In this document: positions 58,552 through 64,000 of the stretch, in pieces
Layout: the number at the start of each line of letters is the position of its first letter
Numbering within the stretch: the first letter of the stretch is position 1
Source of the DNA: Alphaproteobacteria bacterium MarineAlpha5_Bin9
Lineage (GTDB): Bacteria > Pseudomonadota > Alphaproteobacteria > HIMB59 > GCA-002718135
Assembly (NCBI GenBank): GCA_002937895.1
Contig: PTKV01000007.1
Location: forward strand, 9,440-73,439
DNA: 64,000 nucleotides
Direction of reading: 5' to 3'
Translations under genes and position numbers: made by a program
The notes under the pieces: model-generated
Told to the model about the DNA's origin: nothing
The model's input: only the letters and a program-made list of their open reading frames with translations
Database searches by the model: none

Positions 58552-59282
58552 TATTCAGATATACTTCCATCATGTTGATGTGAGTGATCGTGGTGATGTT
58601 CATATAAAGACAGTGTAGAAGAGGTATATTCGCCAAATAATTTAATATAAGCTGGATCTTTTGCTACAGAGCTTGGTGTTCCTGAACAACATATATGTCC
58701 ATTTAAACAAATAACATGATCTGTAGCTGACATGACAAAATGAATATCATGTGAAATTAATAAAATACCACAATTTAAAGTATCTGAAATATTTTTGATA
58801 AGTTTATAAAGAGCAATTTCACCATTGAAATCTACTCCTTGAACAGGCTCATCTAATACTAACAAATCAGGTTTTTTAGCTATAGCTCTAGCAATCAAAA
58901 CACGCTGAAACTCTCCTCCTGATAAATCTCGTACTTCATGATAAAGTAATTTTTCAACTCCTGTTAGGGTTAAGGATTCTAATATTTTAGAGTTATCAAT
59001 AAGACTTGTAATTTTCATAAAATCAATAACTCGTAAAGGTAATGTCCAATCAATATTAATTTTTTGTGGGACATAAGCTATTTTATTAGCATTATTTGTA
59101 ATCAATCCTTCATCTGTATTATAAATATTTAATACCATTTTTGCAGTTGTTGTTTTTCCAGATCCGTTAGGACCAATTAAAGTAACAATTTGACCATTAT
59201 AAATTTCAAGAGAGACTCCTCTTACTAACCATTTAGATGATTTGAAAACACCAGCATTTTCTAATTTAATCAAAGAATTCAT
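58551..59282 (-). CDS. znuC: Zinc ABC transporter ATPase
   Basis: GPNGSGKT, LSGGEFQR, LDEP, SHD and His-rich tail. Start ATG 59282; the track's 59369 would run over the Zur boxes. Confidence 0.95.
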   Translation of the reverse strand: MNSLIKLENAGVFKSSKWLVRGVSLEIYNGQIVTLIGPNGSGKTTTAKMVLNIYNTDEGLITNNANKIAYVPQKINIDWTLPLRVIDFMKITSLIDNSKILESLTLTGVEKLLYHEVRDLSGGEFQRVLIARAIAKKPDLLVLDEPVQGVDFNGEIALYKLIKNISDTLNCGILLISHDIHFVMSATDHVICLNGHICCSGTPSSVAKDPAYIKLFGEYTSSTLSLYEHHHDHSHQHDGSISE

Positions 59283-59314
59283 TTTTTTTTGACATTTTCT
59301 ATTTACAAATTGAT

Positions 59315-59345
59315 ATGTTATAATATAACATGTAATATTATTACA
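59315..59345. promoter_or_regulatory. Two abutting Zur boxes
   Basis: ATGTTATA-A-TATAACAT (59315-59331) and TGTAATA-T-TATTACA (59331-59345) both fit TGTNATA-N-TATNACA; they lie between divergent znuC and znuA. Confidence 0.9.
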
Positions 59346-59360
59346 CGATTTTATATTAGA

Positions 59361-60365
59361 ATGAAACAAAATAAAACATTAATAAAACTGCTAAAAATCT
59401 TATTTTTTTCCATTATATTTATAATCACATCATCAGTTAGGGCTGAACTAAAAGTTGTAACAACTATAAAACCTATACATTCTTTAATTACAAATGTCAT
59501 GCATGGAATAAATGAACCTAATCTGATAATAGAAGGAAGTACTTCACCACATAATTTTACACTAAAACCCTCTCATGCAAAACTATTAGAAGAAGCTGAC
59601 ATAATTTTTTGGATTGGAGAAGGCTTAGAAACATTTATGGAGAAGCCTCTTGATTCTATAGTTAAAAATGCAAAAATTATTGAATTTATGGATCTAGATA
59701 ATATTGAGAAATTAAAATTTAGAGAAGAAAATATTTTTGATGATCACAACGATCACGATGACCACGATGACCATGGCGATCACGATGACCACGATGACCA
59801 CGATGACCATGGCGATCACGATGACCACGATGACCATGGCGATCACGATGACCATATTCATGGTGAATTTGATGCTCACATATGGTTAGATCCAATAAAT
59901 GCTAAAGAAATGATTCATAAAATAGCTCATGAATTATCTGAATTAGATCCAGTTAATAAACAAAAATATTTCCAAAATGCTGATAAAACCATTAAAGCTC
60001 TTGACCAATTAATTTTTGATATTGATCAAAATATCAATAAAGAAGCTCGCTTTGTTGTCTTTCATGATGCTTATCAATATTTTGAAAAAAGATTTGGAAT
60101 TTATACTTCAGGGGCATTAACATTAAACACTGATGTTTTGCCAGGAGCCAAACAAATATCTGATATTCAAAGTATAATAAAAGAAAAAAGAGTTAACTGT
60201 ATTTTTTCTGAACCACAGTTTAATCCTAAAATTATAGAAACAATTGCTCAAGATACTGGAATCAAAACTGGTATTTTTGATCCTTTAGGAGCAAATATTG
60301 AATCAGACAAAAAACTTTATTTTAAACTTTTAAATAATTTAACTAACAATCTTGAAAATTGTTAA
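59361..60365 (+). CDS. znuA: Zinc ABC transporter substrate-binding protein
   Basis: VVTTIKPIHSL, SPH, His/Asp-rich loop, DAHIWLDP, FHDAYQYF and CIFSEPQF motifs; start ATG 59361. Confidence 0.96.
   Translation: MKQNKTLIKLLKILFFSIIFIITSSVRAELKVVTTIKPIHSLITNVMHGINEPNLIIEGSTSPHNFTLKPSHAKLLEEADIIFWIGEGLETFMEKPLDSIVKNAKIIEFMDLDNIEKLKFREENIFDDHNDHDDHDDHGDHDDHDDHDDHGDHDDHDDHGDHDDHIHGEFDAHIWLDPINAKEMIHKIAHELSELDPVNKQKYFQNADKTIKALDQLIFDIDQNINKEARFVVFHDAYQYFEKRFGIYTSGALTLNTDVLPGAKQISDIQSIIKEKRVNCIFSEPQFNPKIIETIAQDTGIKTGIFDPLGANIESDKKLYFKLLNNLTNNLENC
59742..59858 (+). repeat. In-frame 9-nt tandem array encoding the ZnuA (D-H-D/G)n loop
   Basis: 13 units of GAYCAYNNN with a 27-nt higher-order unit GATCACGAT-GACCACGAT-GACCATGGC; 61 of 117 bases are G+C. 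Confidence 0.95.
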
Positions 60366-60423
60366 TTTAACTAAATATTTCTGTTTTCCGAATCTTTAAA
60401 AAATAAATAAAGTATTTCATAAA

Positions 60424-61422
60424 ATGGCGCGAGAATGGGTGATCAATGACTATTCAGGATATAAAGGACTTGTCTTACAGGAGTGTGATACCCAAAATCC
60501 TGGTCCAGGAGAAATTCGTCTAAGAATTGAGGCATTTGCATTAAATTGGGGTGATATGGATTTAATGCTGGATCGCTATTCTTTCAGCTTTAATAATTTC
60601 CCTGCAAGGATAGGGATGGAGGCAGCAGGAATTGTTGATCAAATTGGTGAAGGTGTAACCGGAATCGAAATTGGTGCTCGATATTGTACTTTACCATATT
60701 TCTATTTCAACAAAGGAGCCAGTGCTGATTCTGTTACAATAGATGCTCGATATGTCACACCTGCTCCAAAAAATTTATCGGCAGTAGAAAGTTCTTCAGT
60801 ATGGATGCAATTTATGACAGCATATTATCCAATTGTTGAATTAAGTAAAGCTGCGCCAGGCAAAAATATTCTCGTAACAGCGGCTACTAGCACAGCTGGA
60901 AATGCTGCTTTAAACATTGGAAAAATTTTTGGAGCCAATATGATTGCCACAACAAGGTTTGAACAAAACCGTGATTATCTTCTTGAATCTGGTGCTTCGC
61001 ATGTCATTGTAACTGGTGAAAATGAAATTGCTGCGACTTTACGAAAGATGACTGATAATCATGGGATTGATGCTGCTTTTGATCCGGTTGGAGAGGGTAT
61101 GATTGCAAAATATAGTCCAGCACTTGCTCGTGATGCAACTATTTTTTTCTATGGAACTCTTGATGGTGTTTTTCCGCAATTACCTATTGTTGATATGTTT
61201 CAAGCAAATGCTACTTTTCATCCTTATTCACTATTTAACTATGTAGAAGACTCTAATATGCAGGCAAAGGGAACTGCTTTTGTATACAAAGCTCTTGAAG
61301 AAGGAAAGCTTAGGCCAAATATTGACAGAGTTTATCCGATGGAAGAGTATCGAGAGGCCTGGGAATATCTTAGAAAACCTCGCACCAAGCATGGCAAAGT
61401 TGTGATCGAAACCGGACTCTAA
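60424..61422 (+). CDS. MDR-family NAD(P)H quinone-oxidoreductase-like protein
   Basis: ALNWGD, GMEAAGIV, WMQFMTAY, LVTAATS, AFDPVG, IDRVYP and GKVVI motifs; no catalytic Zn ligand set; GC-richer than its neighbours. Confidence 0.88.
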   Translation: MAREWVINDYSGYKGLVLQECDTQNPGPGEIRLRIEAFALNWGDMDLMLDRYSFSFNNFPARIGMEAAGIVDQIGEGVTGIEIGARYCTLPYFYFNKGASADSVTIDARYVTPAPKNLSAVESSSVWMQFMTAYYPIVELSKAAPGKNILVTAATSTAGNAALNIGKIFGANMIATTRFEQNRDYLLESGASHVIVTGENEIAATLRKMTDNHGIDAAFDPVGEGMIAKYSPALARDATIFFYGTLDGVFPQLPIVDMFQANATFHPYSLFNYVEDSNMQAKGTAFVYKALEEGKLRPNIDRVYPMEEYREAWEYLRKPRTKHGKVVIETGL

Positions 61423-61541
61423 ACTATAAACAAATACAATCAGTAATTTAGCTAGGTGTTACTTTGAGAAAATTTAAAAACTAATAATAAATATATTTTT
61501 TTCATGTTACTTTTTTAATTTAAATATGATTAAATATACAA

Positions 61542-62003
61542 ATGGATAAAATAGATAAACAAATAATTTTAATGCTCCAGGAAAATGCCATGCTTCCTGT
61601 AGGGGAAATTGCAAATAAAGTTAATCTTTCACTTTCTTCATGTTGGAATAGAATAAAAAAACTTGAAGAAGAAAAAATAATTAAGAAGCGAGTAACAATT
61701 TTAGATGGAAAAAAAATTAATTTACCAATTGTGGTTTTTGTTTCTATTTCTGTTATTAAACATGATCAAAAATTTACTGATTTGCTAAAAAATTATAATG
61801 AGGTAATTGAAATTTGGAGATTATCAGGCGAATTTGATTATTTGTTAAAAGTGGTATCAGAGTCTTTAGAAAAATATGATATTTTTATTAAAAAATTGGT
61901 CAATGAAATGAAATTTATTAGAAGTTTTCATTCCAATATAGTTTTGCAAGAAATAAAATATACTACTTCCTACCCCATAGATTCATTAGATAATTTAAAG
62001 TAA
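61542..62003 (+). CDS. Lrp/AsnC family transcriptional regulator
   Basis: MDKIDKQII, LSLSSCWNRIKKLEE and LSGEFDYLLKV motifs. Confidence 0.94.
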   Translation: MDKIDKQIILMLQENAMLPVGEIANKVNLSLSSCWNRIKKLEEEKIIKKRVTILDGKKINLPIVVFVSISVIKHDQKFTDLLKNYNEVIEIWRLSGEFDYLLKVVSESLEKYDIFIKKLVNEMKFIRSFHSNIVLQEIKYTTSYPIDSLDNLK

Positions 62004-62042
62004 AAATATATCGTACTTGCAATTAAAATATAGAATTAATGA

Positions 62043-63179
62043 CTAATGAAATGATTTAATAAAGTTTTTTAAAATTAAAAAATAATCTTCAAGCTCTTTG
62101 ATTCTAAGGGTTTCATTTGATTTGTGACCTTGATCCCCATCACCAGGTCCAATATTAATAATATTTATTTTTTCATTAGCAAAATATCTACCATCGCTGA
62201 CACCAATAGAATTTAAAAAATTAGGTTTCTTTTTATTAATTACAGAATATGAATTTACTAAGCTTTTTAAATATATATTAGATTTATTTGATTTAAACGC
62301 ATTAGTTCCTCTTAAGAAAGATACTTTTGCTGATTTATCAATATTTGTTATAAAATTTTTAATTTCTTTAAAAGATTTATTAATATCTTCTTTGATAGTA
62401 ATTCGTCTGTCAATTTCAAAGTTAGTTATGTGTGGAACAACATTAACGTTTTCACCCCCATTAATAATTCCAATATTAATTGTTGATTTGGAATATTTAG
62501 TGTCATATTTTTTTAATCTTTTTTTATATTTATGTTCTAGAAGATTAATTATCTTTGCAGTTTTAGTTATTGAATTAATTCCCTTAATAGGATCACCTGC
62601 ATGAGACGTTTTTCCAAAAACTTCCACATTTACCCAAAATACGCCCCTTTCTTCAACAATAAAATTATTGTTTGTTGGAGCACCTAATATTAAAGTATGT
62701 GGTTTGATAATTTTTTTATCTTTTAAAAATTTAGTTCCTTCGGGACCTAAATTTTCTTCATCAGTTACAAAGGTAAAACAAATTCTTTTTTTATAATTAG
62801 GAAAGAGTTTTTTAAAATTTTTTGCAAAATAAAGATGTACTGCTGTGCTCCCTTTGCAATTAACAGATCCTAATCCAACACATTTTGAACCTCTAATTTT
62901 TAAAGTGAATGGAGGAGTCTTCCATTCTTTCAGTATTGGTTTTACAGTATCTATATGACAATTAAAAACAAGAGAGCTTTTATTGCCTTTATAATTTTTC
63001 AAAACAATGTTTGGCTTATTTTTGTTTTTAGAATGCATGCTTATAATAAATCCAGATTCAGATAAATATTTTTTTATAAATTGAGAAATTTTTAAAGTAT
63101 GTCCTGGAGGGTAACATGTGTCAATAGCAACAATATTTTTAAGAACATCTAAGATTTCATCTTTAATTTTATTAGTCAT
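62043..63179 (-). CDS. M20 (ArgE/DapE-like) peptidase-fold protein with substituted metal ligands
   Basis: HIDTV, GLGSVNCKG, DEE, GAPT, GKTSHAG, GGENVNVVP, SDGRYF and GHKSNE motifs. Confidence 0.88.
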   Translation of the reverse strand: MTNKIKDEILDVLKNIVAIDTCYPPGHTLKISQFIKKYLSESGFIISMHSKNKNKPNIVLKNYKGNKSSLVFNCHIDTVKPILKEWKTPPFTLKIRGSKCVGLGSVNCKGSTAVHLYFAKNFKKLFPNYKKRICFTFVTDEENLGPEGTKFLKDKKIIKPHTLILGAPTNNNFIVEERGVFWVNVEVFGKTSHAGDPIKGINSITKTAKIINLLEHKYKKRLKKYDTKYSKSTINIGIINGGENVNVVPHITNFEIDRRITIKEDINKSFKEIKNFITNIDKSAKVSFLRGTNAFKSNKSNIYLKSLVNSYSVINKKKPNFLNSIGVSDGRYFANEKINIINIGPGDGDQGHKSNETLRIKELEDYFLILKNFIKSFH

Positions 63180-64000
63180 TTGTTTTAATTTTGAATAAAT
63201 TCATAGTATTGTTTGATATCATATCCTTAATCTCACTATCATCAAATCCTTGCTGTTTTATCATTAATAAAAATTTAACAAAACCTCTAACAGGAATAGG
63301 TAGAACTGAAACTCCACAATCACTAGATAATATAGTATTTTTTATTCCTGCTGCTTTAATTAATTTTGCCATTTTATTCAAATTTACAGGAGTTGCTTTA
63401 TGTTTTTCTTCATCAATATGTGTCAAAGCTACCTCAGTTGCATTAGATACAAAAAAAAATGAGAATTCTGAATAACAATCTAGTTTAGTGATTTCTCCTA
63501 CGATATCTTCTTCATAATGTGAGCTGGGAACCATAATTCTTTTAACTCCTCTTTTTTTTGCAAAACTAATTAATCTTATTGCTTCTTCACCCGATAAATG
63601 ACCTGTATTAAGAACAACATCATTTTCAGCAATTAAATCAAGAATTTCTGGTAAAGGATCTGCTAATTGTTTAGATTCAGGTATATGTAGGCATGATTCA
63701 ATATAATTTTCAGATCTATTTTCTAATTTAGCTATGTAGCGAGTATGATGGGTAGGCATTGAAATAAATCTGGTGTTTAGATTATCACCATAATTATAAC
63801 TCAGGGCAATTTTTACTGATTCTGCAGATATACCTCCCGCATATGGCTCCATGATTAATCCTCCAAAAACATCTAATTTAATATTCTCCATTTCTTTGTT
63901 TATTAAAGCAGCGTATCCTGAAGTATTACAAAAATTGTCCATTAGACCAATCCCCTTCATTTTGAATGCTAGAGCGTGTCTTACAGCTTCAAAGATATGA
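63172..64000 (-). CDS. DUF6282-like amidohydrolase/PHP-fold protein, 5'-truncated by the window edge
   Basis: VFGGL...GG, MPT, ILDLIAENDVVLNTGHLS and ILSSDCG motifs. The frame stays open upstream of 63960 (HIFEAVRHALAFK) to the window end. Confidence 0.75.
   Translation of the reverse strand, partial: HIFEAVRHALAFKMKGIGLMDNFCNTSGYAALINKEMENIKLDVFGGLIMEPYAGGISAESVKIALSYNYGDNLNTRFISMPTHHTRYIAKLENRSENYIESCLHIPESKQLADPLPEILDLIAENDVVLNTGHLSGEEAIRLISFAKKRGVKRIMVPSSHYEEDIVGEITKLDCYSEFSFFFVSNATEVALTHIDEEKHKATPVNLNKMAKLIKAAGIKNTILSSDCGVSVLPIPVRGFVKFLLMIKQQGFDDSEIKDMISNNTMNLFKIKTND

Noticed and set aside
59289-59369. Overlapping N-terminal extensions of znuA and znuC in the ORF track
   Set aside because: These are artefacts of longest-ORF calling; they run through the Zur boxes. 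ATG 59361 and ATG 59282 fit the protein families.
59742-59858. Repeat array as a CRISPR or mobile repeat
   Set aside because: It has no spacers, is in frame within znuA, and there are no cas genes.

Overview
AT-rich, very compact alphaproteobacterial chromosome segment. A streamlined marine SAR11/HIMB59-like lineage is inferred from composition, gene content and gene order; this was not database-checked. About 54 kb is core genome: lysC-rodZ-ispG-hisS-prfA-prmC; an M23 peptidase; tRNA-Val(GAC); ispA, guaC, ggt; rpmJ, which the ORF track misses; the carA-carB-greA-ELM1-2OG-trxB run; yqeY-dnaG-rpoD plus an RNase Z-like gene and tRNA-Ile2(CAT); mlaAC, uvrD, bamD-ligA; an amidase, RNase P RNA and a complete dcw cluster (mraZ to ftsZ-lpxC); fumC and gpmA. 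The last ~9 kb is accessory-looking: GNAT, GFA, small hypotheticals, an HEXXH protein, znuA / znuC-znuB-zur, a GC-richer quinone-oxidoreductase-like gene, Lrp, an M20-fold protein and a DUF6282-like amidohydrolase-fold protein. I found no transposase, integrase, prophage or CRISPR array. The most interesting signals are cis-regulatory. (1) The predicted carA promoter would initiate at GTTTGC, like E. coli carAB P1, suggesting UTP-sensing reiterative transcription. (2) The mraZ/dcw upstream region carries a perfect alphaproteobacterial LexA-type box (GAACA-N6-GAACA) next to four 10-bp-phased CCCAT MraZ-type boxes, a possible SOS input to cell division via MraZ. (3) There are tandem Zur boxes, an apparent ~20-kb inversion of the dcw block, and two adjacent metallohydrolase-fold proteins with substituted metal ligands. 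All functional claims are untested inferences from sequence.
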